A DNA stretch of 64,000 bases from Eledone cirrhosa (GCA_964016885.1 OZ024741.1:284580001-284644000); one strand, 5' to 3'; shown: positions 42,561 through 56,228, counted from the stretch's first letter. The notes: generated by a model not told the origin, from the sequence alone. Made by a program: numbers and translations.

Positions 42561-43360
42561 GGTGGCTGCCAACTCGTTTTCGAGTACGGCCACTACTTTA
42601 TATCCATGTAGGAGAACCCCTACCGATGCGCTGAACGAGTGTGAATTTTTAGTCCAGCCAGCGACTGGTACAAACACTACACTTGTGACAATTATTGACA
42701 CATAGTGCTGGGCCCATGGTACCATGTGACGACAAGTGCAGAGAGATCTCCAGATATAAAGCAATGCCTGTGCCGTGAAGCTTTTATAGTGAGTAAAGGC
42801 ACTGCACAAAGCCAGTCCCACTCTCTTAACCAAGATGATATTTACCAAAAAGAACAAGTCAACATCATTGGATACCATCAGGGTTGCAGGTGTTATATCA
42901 GAGTTTTCCTTCTCCTAGAATTCTGCCTTGACAAAGGCTAAGGGGTCATATCTCATATATATATATATATATATGGTGGCTGCCAACTCGTTTTCGAGTA
43001 CGGCCACTACTTTATATCCATCTAGGAGAACCCCTACCGATGCGCTGAACGAGTGTGACTTTTTAGTCCAGCCAGCGACTTGAAAACTCTGGTACAAACA
43101 CTACACTTGTGACAATTATTGACACATAGTGCTGGGCCCATGGTACCATGTGACGACAAGTGCAGAGAGATCTCCAGATATAAAGCAAAGCCTGTGCCGT
43201 GAAGCTTTTATAGTGAGCAAAGGCTCTGCACAAAGCCAGTCCCATTCTCTTAACCAAGATGATATTTACCAAAAAGAAGAACAAGTCAACATCATTGGAA
43301 ACCATCAGGGTTGCAGGTGTTATATCAGAGTTTTCCTTCTCCTAGAATTCTGCCTTGACA
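42561..43360 (-). mobile_element. Two tandem copies (42561-42948; 42975-43360) of a short non-autonomous retroelement, probably RTE-derived
   Basis: ~385-bp direct repeats. The minus strand starts ACCCCTTAGCC..CTAGGAGAAGGAAAACTCTGA and ends GAGTTGGCAGCCACC plus a simple-repeat tail. Diverged homologue at 58050-58240 (+). Confidence 0.65.
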
Positions 43361-43855
43361 TACATACATACATACATTCATACATACATACATACACACA
43401 CATTCACACACACATACACATATATTGTTTTGACTGCTATTTCTAGCACCAATATATGTCCGTCGTATTGTCCTGATACACTGAGTAGAAAGTTGTGTAA
43501 TGCTGCTACAGAATGTGTTTTTTACGTGGCATGATTTTATGATAGGTATTAAAACAGTCCCTTTTCGGTAGATATATATTTGGCAATTCAACACGTTGTT
43601 CACATATATGATCTAACAGTAATCAGGAATGTATGATAATGTTTCTGTTTGTCCCATAATCTTTGTTGAACTCGCCCCCTAATGATAAAACTTCAGTTCT
43701 CCCAGTATTGGTTATTCCAATGTCTTGAAAGTCCATGTACTGGCTCTTTTAGATTTTGAAACCATGTTTGGGGCACCATATAGGTTGGAATTGGCTTCCT
43801 TTAGCTAATTTGACTTTTATTCCCCCACAATGTGTGACTTAGGCTTAAATTTAAC

Positions 43856-43956
<101 letters not shown>

Positions 43957-43971
43957 GTATGTGTATATATA

Positions 43972-44222
43972 TGCACATGGCTTAGTGGTTAAAGCATTGG
44001 GCTTGCAATCGAAAGGTTGTGAGTTCAATTCTCGGACCGGATGATGTGTTGTTTCCTTGAGCAAGACACTTTATTTCACGTTGCTCCGTTTTTCTCAGCT
44101 GTAGAAATGAGTACCGGCCTGCCCGCCCAGCCAGTTATCTTATGGCTAAAACAGCACGACGTGCTGTGACCAGCAGCGCCGATTGGTGCCCGACAGACTG
44201 GTCGGTCAAGGTGATCAAGGTG
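43972..44222 (+). mobile_element. SINE family B
   Basis: TGGCTTAGTGGTTAAAGC..GAGTTCAATTC head; CCTTGAGCAAGACACTTTATTTCACGTTGCTCC core. Confidence 0.8.
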
Positions 44223-46214
44223 ATATATGCACATATATATGTATGTACATATAATGCCAGAGAGCTTTCTTTTACTGGCAGTTCTCAATGTTTTGCTGAC
44301 TTCTTTTCCAGCTATAGTTTGCCATGCTTTCATTGCCATGTTTTTCCTTCACCCCTACTGATTTATTATTTCATACATTGTTCTGTAAAGTTTTACTCCC
44401 TATTTGCTCTCTTAACATTATGTTCGAATTTCCATTGATCTTGGGGAACAATCCAAATATTGTTATTTTTTTAAAGAATCCCTCTAAAAATATCTTAGTA
44501 TTTCATTTAAATATCTTAACCACCTGGAAGGAGTATTCATATTTTTTGTATTACGCATATTTTGTATGATATGATTTTTTAAAGTATTTCTATTGCGTCA
44601 AATGGGCCTTATTTGTTATTGATTTTATACATTTTTGTTATTTGGGTTAACTTTATTTTACTTTATCATGATAAACCCTACCTTCTTTTTACACCTTCGC
44701 ATGTGTGTGTGAGCCTGGATGCTTTCTTAGTATTGGATAACCATAGATCACTCATACCATTTCATTAACCATATTTCATTATCAACATTTCATTAGCCAT
44801 ATTTCGTTAACCATATTTAATTAATCATATTTCATTAGCCATAATTTACTAGTTATGATTTCACAGGCAATATTTCACCAGGAATATTACGAAAGAAGGA
44901 GGACAGAGTCAACATATCAAAAATATTATTTTTTAAACAAATACAATAAAAAATGAACTACTAATAATGTAGGAAACATTACCCCAATATCATCACCACC
45001 AAACCCACCGGTCCTAGCAGCACCAGTACCAGTAACAGCACAAAAAAAAGCACCAGCACTATCTCCATGGCAACGACGACAACACCACCACCATCACCAC
45101 CACCACCACAACCACCACCACAACCACCACGACCAAACAAACCCCCCACCACTACCACCACCGCGACCGCCACCACCACAACCACCATCATGCTTATCGC
45201 TATTATGAACGTTAAAGTTTTATGATTTGACATGCAGTTACAATATTATTGCTGTTGTATGACAATGTGGAATGAATTATTGCTGCACTCAGGATTGCAA
45301 CGTAGAGCTGGACAACTGCAAAGGGAAACAGTAAATACGGATAATAGGTACCAAAACACAAATGGTTAAAATGAACAGAAACAATTACAGCAATAATAGG
45401 GCGCACTACAACAATACGAACAACTATAAAAGGACTGAGTCCTAGAGGGTAATATTTCCCTCTCCACCATCACCTTTTTTCCAAGTGGAACTTTTACGTC
45501 TTTGGCATTTATCTCAAACCAACAGAGCCCCACGGTAGCACTGCTAAGCCAAATATTTCTGGAAATTGCCCATAGTCCCCGTACCGAAAGTTCTCCCGAA
45601 AAGATTGACAAGTTCGTTTTCGTCGACGCCCAGAGTCTTCTCGAGAACATCCTCACACTTGCCCACCATTAGCCAATTATATAACGCCAACGTCGAATTT
45701 CTACTAACCGCATTCCCGATTGGTAGAGGTCTGTGAGTGCTTGACTACATTCCGGATGCCATGCGTCCAGTCTCGGTCTTCGTTTAACACAAGATTACAG
45801 CTCAACCAATGAGACGATCTGCGGAAAGACGTGCTTCACAAACAGATACAACACCAGTTCATTCTTTAGGAATATCTGCAAGTACCGTAGCCTCAGCGCA
45901 TCATCAGCCATGGCATGCCAAGCCTTCCGTCCAAAGGATGTTGACAGTAGATGGACCGCCTTACCAGTGGCATCTATCCCTTCCACAAGAATTGAAAGGG
46001 CAGGCGCTCCAATCTGGTGTGCTCATTGATGCTCCCTGCTGCTGGTTATCGTTTTGGTGATGTTAGTAGCGGTGGTGGCACTGCTACTGTCAGTGCTGCT
46101 GGTAATGACCGCATCTCCGGTGTTGGTGTTTCCTTCGCTGCTGTTGGTGCCGTTGGAGTTGTTGTTGTTGCCTGGGTTTGGCAAAAACTGAGCCCTGCGG
46201 TCTTTGACTAATAA

Positions 46215-46450
46215 TTGTTTTACGTTTGGCATAATGCCAGCAATTTGAAGTGAAGGAGAAAGTCGATTAAATCGACACCAGTGAGTTACTGGTGTCGCTT
46301 TAATCGATATAAAATAAAGATGCTTTATTTTATCAAACCCGTAAGGATGAAAGGCAAAGCTAACCTCGGCATGATTTGAGCTAAGAACATAAATAGCCGG
46401 AACACATGCAGTGAGTCATTTTCTTCGAGGCCCAGAGGACTCGGACAATA
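46215..46450 (-). mobile_element. SINE family A
   Basis: Core CCCGTAAGGATGAAAGGCAAAGCTAACCTCGG. Confidence 0.75.
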
Positions 46451-46479
46451 CAGGTACGTGATAATAATAGCAATCATGA

Positions 46480-49290
46480 CAATGGCTTCGTCTGAAGGAA
46501 AAGAATATGGTAGCGTAAGCGCATCCTCTTTTTCAAAGTGGATTAACTGAAATTTATACCCATTAAGTCTACAATGCCATTGATATACATATTGAAGAGA
46601 AGAGCGATCAACACGGTGCCTTCTGGGACGCCACTAATGACTTTTGTTGAGCTTCATCCTACTCCTTGTTCATCAGAAAACATTTAATCCACTGAGTAGC
46701 TTTGCACAGATTCCAATGGGAGATAGTTTCTTGAGAAGGCTTCTTGTACCTATCATTATGTACTTCAACGTAGTACTGCGTCAAAAAGGGATCGATAAAG
46801 TGAGTACCAGACATAAAGTGGTAAGTTCTGGTGTCAATATGATCTACTAAATAAAGGTTGTTCCCCAACATGGCTGCAGTTTGAGGACTGAAATAAGTAA
46901 TAAAATAAAATTAAAATAAAAGAACTGACCTACAGTACTTTGAAGACAAAATTTATTTCAGCGTTCTACATAAATACAAAATTTAAGAAACTTAAATTGC
47001 TTTGTAGCATTAAAATATATTTTGATACTAATCCACCTGAAAACACCCTTGGTTCTATGGCACCGTCATTTGTTTTAAAGTGTTTATATCTAAATACCTT
47101 CCATCGTAATTTTATGCAAGTGATGTAAAAGTTGTATTAAGCAGCCTTGACATCGCAGAAACTATGCTGGTTGGAATGCAAGTGATTGTTGTCAAGTAAG
47201 TGAGATGTTCGTGATCTCACCACCTTCTCAAATAACTTGATGATATGAGAGGTGAGTGAGAACGGACAGCAATTCATTGCAAAGGACTTGTTTCTTTTAT
47301 ATCATGGATATAACCTACGTTTAGTGAGTTCTTCCATAGATTAGCCAGAATGAATACCCGTTGATGGTGACACCCCTTCAGGACACGAGCCGGGAACCTA
47401 TTATTGAGCAACTGTTAAGTTGTGTTTAATTTTGTTTATAGCCGCTAAGATATCAGTAGCGCCCAACTTTATATCAGATGTTGTGTACTGCGGGGTTAAC
47501 ATCACTGATACTGTCCAGTCCCACCATCACTTACCCTCTTTCGATCGAGCCTTTCCGACCTGCAACACATCTGCTGAGGACCTATACCATAAGGCTCAGC
47601 TCAGATGTATTCCAATCCTTCTTACAAGGATTAACAAAGCAAGTCACAGGTATGTCATTCAACCATTGTAATACACACACGTACAAGCACACGAATAAAG
47701 AAAAACTACCTTCATATACAGTTGAGAAGACTTATCGTTGTTATCATATATATTATTTCCTGTCTGCATCTCATCATCTTGCTTCCTGCTTTCCTTACAT
47801 ATTTTTGTGTTCCTTCACTTATTAAATTATTAAATTAGTAATTGGCATACAGTGTTATCTACGAGAGTAAATAACCTTATGACCAGTTCATTGAAGTGGT
47901 GACCCGCCGACGTGATGCGAACACACAACATGGAAAAAACACAAACAAACTCTCCTTTCGTTGAATCAAACTCATCAACAATTTGCAACCCGAAAGAACA
48001 AAAAATAAGGAACATGCAGACATACACAGACACCGAAAACGTGTTGAACGTGTTGTATCACCTTAATGTGTCCCACCTTTTTCTCGCTTACTCGTTCAAC
48101 CAAGTTTTTCCTTCTTCTTCATCACATTCACAGTGAGAATCAAGATGGCCCACAGCTGCCTTCTTCTTTCATTTTCGGCAGCCATCTTGTCTTTCACGTA
48201 ATTTTCACGCGCAAAAGAAATTTTTTCAATTTAATTTTACCTTGTACCAGCACGTGTGTAGTGCACAAATCTTGACTTAAAGGGATACACACGTTTTGCT
48301 ATTTCTTTTCAAGGGCTTCATCAGCCCAAGCTATTTTTTATATTTGCCAGTAAAAGAATTTGCGACACTACAATGTCGTAAATTGGCGTTAGTTACTGTG
48401 CATTTATCCTGCATGCTCGTTTCAATGGTCGTAACTTCATCTGGACTTAAACAGATCAACTTCAACCGCAAAACTGACCATCAATTTTGGCTGTTATTTC
48501 TGACACTTTGCGCAACACATTTTCTGGGATCTTCTAACTGTGAAACAACTTCCCTTGAAACAACTTCAAAAGGGCTATGCGAGACAACCAACGACAATTT
48601 CATCTTTGCTCTTCTCTCAACAACTTCGAACCAGCAGAATAACAAACAGAACTGAGAATCCTTCTTGCAGTCATCTTCCTGTGCGAAATTTCCACCTTTC
48701 TCTTCAAGATCTGGAATCTCACGTTTTTCCACAGTACAGAAACAACCTGCTCTCAAATTCTCTTTGGACATACACTTTTCCTACAGTTCCCTGCTGCAAT
48801 TGTGCAACATTCCTGTGAATACTCTTTGAACTTTATTATTTTTTCAATAATTTGTTCCTATTACATTTGTACATGCTTATTTTATACTTTGCTCCTTTTG
48901 CAAACTTTTGCCATATACATACCTTTGCCTTCCTTGTTTGGTGCTGTTATCCTTTTCACTATATTTAACTTCTACATTATCGACTTTTCATCTGGGGGAG
49001 AGTCATGTAGTGACTAGCGCCATCTCTAGAGTAAATAACCTTATGACCAGTTCATTAAAAACCTTTGGTTGTTGGAATCGCAGGTTAAAGAAGAGAGTAT
49101 TTTTATTTGCAATATTGCGGGACGTATTAGTCTGGTTAATGAACACTAGATATGAAATACTACTGTGACATCTTATTGGCGTGAGCACAAGTTGGGACAA
49201 GAAAAGCTCATTCTTAAAGTCAAAAAATGACTCTTCAAGTGCTTTGTTATGGTTTGAGGGGTCGTTGAAGTCACCCATCATTAAAATGTT
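46480..49290 (-). mobile_element. Decayed CR1/L2-like LINE interrupted by a SINE tail and an LTR element
   Basis: Minus strand MMGDFNDP..FLSQLVLTPIR (APE, ~49170-49290), PFSLTSHIIKLFEKVV..QHSF (~47150-47270) and ISGVPEGTVL..LLFNMYIN (~46580-46645). Confidence 0.7.
47852..49164 (+). mobile_element. Internally deleted Gypsy-type LTR retrotransposon
   Basis: 28-bp LTR segment repeated (47865-47892 / 49030-49057). PBS TGGTGACCCgcCGACGTGAT (47897-47916) is complementary to the tRNA-Trp 3' end. PPT GGGGGAGAG lies just before TGTAGT at 49006. Confidence 0.75.
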
Positions 49291-51416
49291 ATATATATAT
49301 ATAATTATGTGTCGATTCCGATCGATTTCTGGAGGTGACCACAGTTGAAAAAGGTACTCAACAGCATACTTGTCAACACGCTATATTGAATTCGCCCACT
49401 GTTTACCTGTTCAGTGCATATTAATTGATATTTTATAAATTGATTTTTATTTTTTCTCTATTTCAAATTTACACTCCACTATCTATAGAATTGCATTTAA
49501 TATTTAATTAAATGTGATATATTTGAAACATTTTAAATCTCCTGAAGCAGCAATACCCTGATAAGACACACCTGCAATAGCAGCAGTTATATCTGCAGAA
49601 GTAGGCATAACTGTAGCGTGTGAAAGTGCACAAGAGTACACCCACTACGCGTAGTGTGAATTACAGTAACAACACTATTGCTAGGCAATTGTGCATGTAG
49701 CAAGGATACTAACAGCAAGTCAACGTGAGATTCATGTCTACATGTTTACATGTCTTGTTTAAAATAGCCTCCAAATAACCCCACGCTCAAAATCGCACCA
49801 TATTTTCTTAAAAAAAGAAGAAAAAAAACGTTAGCTCATACTGCGCTGTGTATAGGAATAAAACAGGAACGTCATGACTGGATTGTTTTTAACGATAGAT
49901 CTTCTGAATTAGGGCTGATTTTAAAGTAAATAATAATTAGTGTTATAAAATAATGAATTAAAAAACTGCAAAACGTCAGGAGAAAATAAGAGTAAAACTG
50001 GTTTGTGAGTTGACACGAGGTATAGTGATTTCAGACAACACCAGTCTCTAGATTAGACCGTATCTTATTGGCCCCAGAAAGTAAGGTCACCTACGACAGG
50101 TTTTGAAAACAGCAACTAGGGAATATAAATTAAATACTGCAAGGATTTTTAATGAATTAATCTAAGGAGGAAGGCCATGACCTATGCTTTCATTTTTAAC
50201 TAGTGTGATAGATGGAGGGAGGACGGTATCTTTGAACTATAAACCTGGCTCACGAATTTGCAACAGAGTGAACTTCACCAAAGGAACCCAAGGCCCAGGT
50301 AGTGGTATTAAAATAGGGGAAATATTAATTTTAAAGCCAACAACAGGAACTGTTCAAATGACTAGTTTCAAAAGAATTTCTGCTATGGAAATTTCAAGTT
50401 TCATTGTCTTATTGGTACAGTGCAGAACCTAGAACTCCATGGACACATAGAACTTTTTAACCATGAAGTAATGTTCAGACTCTTTCGATAACAGAAATGT
50501 GTTGCCACGACTTTATTTAATCGCCCAACATAACAGTATACAAACACACCCCCAGATACACAAACATAGGCGCGCATACACGCATACACAGAGATTCACG
50601 TAGAAACACACACATAGAGACAAAGACATACCACACACACACACACACACACACACACAGATACGCGCATACTTACACATATGCACACGTATGTATACTC
50701 CCGACAGACACACATACATGTACATTCACATACATACTCACACAGATGTACACAAACATGCACACATACACAAATACACACATAAATACATCCACACATG
50801 TTCACATACATCCATACGTACATTTGCACGTACATGTTCCTAGACAAATAAACTCACACAGCCACAAACTGACTCAAACAGAAATAAACACACACACATT
50901 TATTTACGGCTAATTTCCCACGTTTTTATAGGCTTCACACGATAACAAGAATATTAAAGAACACACAGCTTTATCACCAAAGCAAGCAACAATTTTGTTA
51001 ATTATTTGCATTTCGCTAATTATTCTTATTTTTGCTAATCAACGTTATTTTGGTACATTATTTTAAATAAATATTATTTTTGTTAATTATTAATTTGGCT
51101 ATACAAAATTATTGATTATTATTTAATGCTAGTTTCAGATGATTTTGCTTATCTGGCCTCTAAGATTTCTGACATGAAAACAAATACAAAGAATATTTCA
51201 TTTCAATTGCGAGTTGTCATTCTTAATAACCGACTCAAGTGGTGCTCCAGCGCCATCTTGAACGAAGGAGAATTTTATAAAACAACAGCAAATAGCAGTC
51301 TGAGAGGGCATCTTAATGCGAATCTTAAGTATTGGCATACGGCCTACCCCAAAAAATATAATCATACTCTATCATAAGTATTGGATACTGTTTTCTTTTG
51401 TTCGCTACAAATAACT

Positions 51417-51450
<34 letters not shown>

Positions 51451-51537
51451 CGTAGGTCCCGGGTTGAGTCGGGGATAACCACAGTAAGTAAGGTACTCAA
51501 TACATGGCAGAGTAAAATTTTTTTATTTTATAGAAGG

Positions 51538-51588
51538 AGCTTCTACAGGACTAGTACTGTTTCATTCAGATGAAATCTTCAGGAAGCT
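51538..51588 (-). ncRNA. Type I hammerhead ribozyme motif
   Basis: AGCTTC-CTGAAGA-tTTC atct GAAt-GAAA-CAG tactagtc CTG-TA-GAAGCT. Confidence 0.78.
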
Positions 51589-52058
51589 GGGTGTCATATT
51601 AAGTTCTGGTATTTATACATTTAGGTAGTGGTAAGGGAGGGGTGGTGGAATTGGGGTGGGGGGGGGTATTTAGATACATAGGACCACTTCATGGCACAGG
51701 CCGTTTTTTCTTTGGGGAGTGGTCAATTAGCCAGAGTGCTTTTTGAAATAAATAAATAAGTAAATAAATAAATAAATGAATAAATAAATAGATAAATGAA
51801 TAAATAAATAAAATAAATAAAAAATAAATAAATAAAAAAAAATAATTCAACAGATATATATAGTAAGGAATTTTTTTAGGTGGGTTGGTAATAGAAATTA
51901 AACATTTAACAAGACCGAATCATGGCACAGACTGGGGTGAGTGGTCAAGTTAACATACAAGCCACAGGTGGCCAGAGTGTTTTTGTAGGATGGAAAGAAT
52001 AAAATATATTTACATACTCACAACCACATACAAAAACACTTACACACACATACATACC

Positions 52059-52093
<35 letters not shown>

Positions 52094-52131
52094 GTGTGTG
52101 TGTGTGCACACCTACACATTCACACACACAT

Positions 52132-52164
<33 letters not shown>

Positions 52165-52274
52165 CAAACACACACATATGTTTGCGTATACACATACACA
52201 CACATACATATACACACACACACACATACATACATACACATATATACATATAATATATATATATATATATATAC

Positions 52275-52335
<61 letters not shown>

Positions 52336-52602
52336 TACACACACATACACATTTACAAGTAAACACGCATGCATACACATACATACATATATATATATAT
52401 GTATACATATATATGTATATATATATATGTATGTGTATGCGCACGTGTGTATGTGTAGATATATATGTGTGTGTGTATATGTGTGTGTGTATATTTGTGT
52501 GTTTGTGTTTTTCTTGTGTATATATGTATATATGTGTATGTATGTATGTGTGTGTGTGTGTATCTGTATGTGTGTGTATGTGTATGTGTATACGCACACA
52601 TA

Positions 52603-52651
<49 letters not shown>

Positions 52652-52676
52652 ATGTGTGTGTGAATGTTTAGGTGTG

Positions 52677-52744
<68 letters not shown>

Positions 52745-53221
52745 GGTATGTATGTGTGCGTAAGTGTTTTTGTATGTGGTTGTGAGTATGTAAATATATT
52801 TTATTCTTTCCATTCTACAAAAACACTCTGGCCACCTGTGGCTTGTATGTTAACTTGACCACTCACCCCAGTCTGTGCCATGATTCGGTCTTGTTAAATG
52901 TTTAATTTCTATTACCAACCCACCTAAATTTCCCTACTATATATATCTGTTGAATTATTTTTTTTATTTATTTATTTTTTATTTATTTTATTTATTTATT
53001 CATTTATCTATTTATTTATTCATTTATTTATTTATTTACTTATTTATTTATTTCAAAAAGCACTCTGGCTAATTGACCACTCCCCAAAGAAAAAACGGCC
53101 TGTGCCATGAAGTGGTCCTATGTATCTAAATACCATCCCCCCCCAACCCCCCAACTCCAATCCACCACCCCTCCCTTACCACTACCTAAATGTATAAATA
53201 CCAGAACTTAATATGACACCC

Positions 53222-53272
53222 AGCTTCCTGAAGATTTCATCTGAATGAAACAGTACTAGTCCTGTAGAAGCT
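53222..53272 (+). ncRNA. Type I hammerhead ribozyme motif (inverted copy)
   Basis: Identical to the reverse complement of 51538-51588. Confidence 0.78.
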
Positions 53273-53438
53273 CCTTCTATAAACTAAAAAAAAAATTATA
53301 TATATATATATATAATTGGTGTTGGATGCTTAAAGTATCCATATGCGGTAGGCCGTATGAGCACTCAATGCCCTCGTAGGGCAGAGTATGATATCACAGA
53401 AAAAAGAGAATCAGTGTTGCGACGAAAGGAATTTATTG

Positions 53439-53534
53439 GACATATTACAAATGTTTCTCAGGCGACCAACTCGAGGCACGATCGATATGGTGATCACACC
53501 TGACTCTGAAATCAACACAGTCGTCAGATACGTC
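53439..53534 (-). ncRNA. Type I hammerhead motif (family of 28105-28200) within element 53314-53557
   Basis: GACGTAT-CTGACGA-..-GAAA-CATTTG-TA-ATATGTC; same 96-nt span. Confidence 0.65.
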
Positions 53535-55159
53535 TCGATTCTACAAAGCAGATTTTCCTATAGTCCTTTAACATCGAATTTCTTCTTTGTTGATTTAGAT
53601 CCTGTTGTTGTCATTCTATGAGTGATCAAGAATTCCATACGTCATCGGTATTTCTAACCACTCATGGTTGCCCACCTCTTGCTTCCTCTCGTTCTCCACC
53701 TGTCAATCAACATTTCTTCAAGTATCAGGATTACTACTGTGGTGGGAAAGGGCCTGTAATCTTGAACGGCTGGCATCACTTCGACGTCTTCATTGCCCCT
53801 AGGCTCCTTAGTCTACATCGGTCAAGTACACACCCGTAAGTGTGCTGTATGCGGCATTCATCATAAATAATGTTTTGCGGGAATTAAAAAAACAAAAAAA
53901 CAAAACAATCATGGGGATATTTAGCGTAACATTTGTTGGACACAGCCTTAGGATGCACTCCGCCATACATATTTCAAAAAGAAAAGGAAAAAGAAAAAGA
54001 AAGAACCTGTAGCATGAACGTTTTTAAAAAGAAAGCTTTCAACAGCCATTCAAACGGAATGGTTATATCAAAGGTGTTTTCAACAAATAGACCCAATTCT
54101 ACACACACACACTGGACTCAGGGTAGCGTGCGTAGCCTAGACGCTGCACACATACATAGGCAGATGGGGAAAGAAAAGTCCATGGAAAGTCATCCGTATC
54201 CCCACGCATACATGCTCAGACAAATACATCAACCCATGCATGCACACACCCATGCTGATGCATGTCTGTGTAGTCACACCCGTGCGCTCACACACCGGAT
54301 GCATATACTTGATGAGTACCCCCCCCCCCTCCCATCCATCACCCACGCGCCGCTGCGCATATGGTGCACACAGTATTGCACGAGACAACGCATTTGAGGC
54401 CTTGACCCAACGTGATCACGTGGCGGTGTGAGTCCGAGGGTGCCTGCACAATATGTCTAAATGCTACAGCAGCACAGTATCCCTGCACTAATCGCATATA
54501 ACGTGGCTGGCACATATATAAAAAAAACCTGTATGTACATAACCTAAATTAATGAAATAGTATACAATAGTAAAATAAAATAAGATAAAATACAATAAAA
54601 TAAAATGCTGGAAAAAGAGAGTGCATACATGACAAGGATGCAGAGGGGGACCGGGCATTATCTAGGTGTGCTTAGTTTCATACAATAGTTGTGGGCTGTG
54701 TTGCAAATGTTTATATGATATACATAGGGGCTGGTGGGCTAAGGCACTGGGTAGGAGCCTGCGCATGATGCAGGTCTCGTGGCTTGTGGATAGGTGTGGT
54801 ACGGGCGTGCGTGCACAAACAAGTTATTTATATTGTGGTTATGTGTAAGATCCATTTCATAAAAGTATATATGAGATGTGAATGGGTTTGATGTATACAT
54901 GGAATATAAAGGGTATGTGTTTCATAACAATATATATGGAATGCACGTGGAGTGTATGTATGATGAAATGTCCCAGCGGCATGCGTTGTGTGCGTGTGTA
55001 TATAGGCGGCATGGAACGACAAAATTAAAACTTGAAATCAAAATCAGAATTAAAATTAAAATTAACATCAACATTACAATTAGCTGTGATATTAACCTTA
55101 AGACCAGCATCATGTCCATCATTCAAGTAGCGGATTAAGCACCGGGCGTACTGAAAACA

Positions 55160-55791
55160 AACACTGTACGGCTTAATTCGGGCTGTTTGTTTACAAATAA
55201 ACCGAACATTATAATAAATGTTCGGTAAACCCATACGTACATATATATATGTGTGTATGTATGTATGTATATACATACTACTGTACGTCTGTACACATAT
55301 ATGTATGTACGTATACATACTTAAGTATCAGCCGTATTAAGAGTGAGAAATGAAATTTCATTTTTTCCATTTATCGTTTTCGGTACGCCCGGCCGACTAA
55401 CTCACTCGATATGCAAATTAGACTGCTCAGCCGTTAATATACATAAGGAAGGCATATACTTTCAAACGTCCAATCGACTGACAGGAAGGTATACGGTGCT
55501 GATGACAGCTAACAAACTAGAAACTAGTTCATCGTTCTTTTGTCAGTTTTGAACAAAAGGGCAACGATGGTTGCCGAACACTGTACGGCTTAATTCGGGC
55601 TGTTTGTTTACAAACAAACCGAATATTATAATAAATGTTCGGTAAACCCATACGTACATATATATATGTGTGTATGTATGTATGTATATACATACTACTG
55701 TACGTCTGTATACATATATATATGTACGTATACATACTTATATTTAAGTATCAGCCGTACTAAGAGTGAGAAATGAAATTTCATTTTTTCC

Positions 55792-55797
<6 letters not shown>
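55160..55797 (+). mobile_element. 417-bp partial tandem repeat (~1.5 units) containing one HHR
   Basis: 55160-55374 is repeated at 55577-55797; ends in (TA)n. Confidence 0.85.
55493..55535 (+). ncRNA. Minimal type I hammerhead ribozyme motif
   Basis: ACGGTG-CTGATGA-cAG ctaacaaa CTa-GAAA-CTAG-TT-CATCGT; palindromic ACTAGT; stem II weak. Confidence 0.72.
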
Positions 55798-55829
<32 letters not shown>

Positions 55830-55898
55830 AAAAAGAGATGAAATCGAAAATGCAACTGGAGTCTTATTTTTTAAAAAAATATATATATTTATTTGGTT

Positions 55899-55936
55899 CC
55901 TTTACCGGTTTCGCAGTTCTTCTGCTTTTCAAAAGG
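55899..55936 (-). ncRNA. Minimal type I hammerhead, U3-A8 core variant
   Basis: CCTT-TTGAAAA-GCAG aagaa CTGC-GAAA-CCGG-TA-AAGG. Confidence 0.75.
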
Positions 55937-56015
55937 TGAGTTGAGATGGAGGGCCTGTGGTTTTTCACAGATCTGTGAGATGTGAGAAAAACCACAGACC
56001 CTCCATCTCAACTCA

Positions 56016-56053
56016 CCTTTTGAAAAGCAGAAGAACTGCGAAACCGGTAAAGG
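56016..56053 (+). ncRNA. Minimal type I hammerhead, U3-A8 core variant (inverted copy)
   Basis: CCTT-TTGAAAA-GCAG aagaa CTGC-GAAA-CCGG-TA-AAGG; palindromic ACCGGT. Confidence 0.75.
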
Positions 56054-56188
56054 AACCAAATAAATAAATATATATATTTAAAAAAAAAATAAGACTCCAG
56101 TTGCATTTTCGATTTCATCTCTTTTTCTTTATACTTTCACTCGTGTAGGACACCTCGGTTATTTTTCATTTTGTAAAAAAAACCTCAC

Positions 56189-56228
<40 letters not shown>

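Larger units (their letters stand above)
51451..53290. mobile_element. Large fold-back HHR element with ~725-bp inverted arms (~51527-52252 / ~52520-53283)
   Basis: Arms are reverse complements including their internal microsatellites; one-sided extension 51451-51526; (TA)n flanks. Confidence 0.92.
55823..56195. mobile_element. Fold-back HHR element (arms ~55823-55957 / ~55984-56133 plus 3' extension)
   Basis: Near-perfect inverted repeat flanked by (TA)n. Confidence 0.92.

Noticed and set aside
45500-45800. Possible Tc1/mariner remnant
   Set aside because: No clear DDE motif or terminal inverted repeats could be identified by eye.
49554-49638. Hammerhead-like TACC-CTGATAA-..-GAAA-GTGCAC-AA-GAGTA
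   Set aside because: Unpaired C3-A8, missing U16.1 and imperfect stem I. At best a dead relic, so it was not counted.
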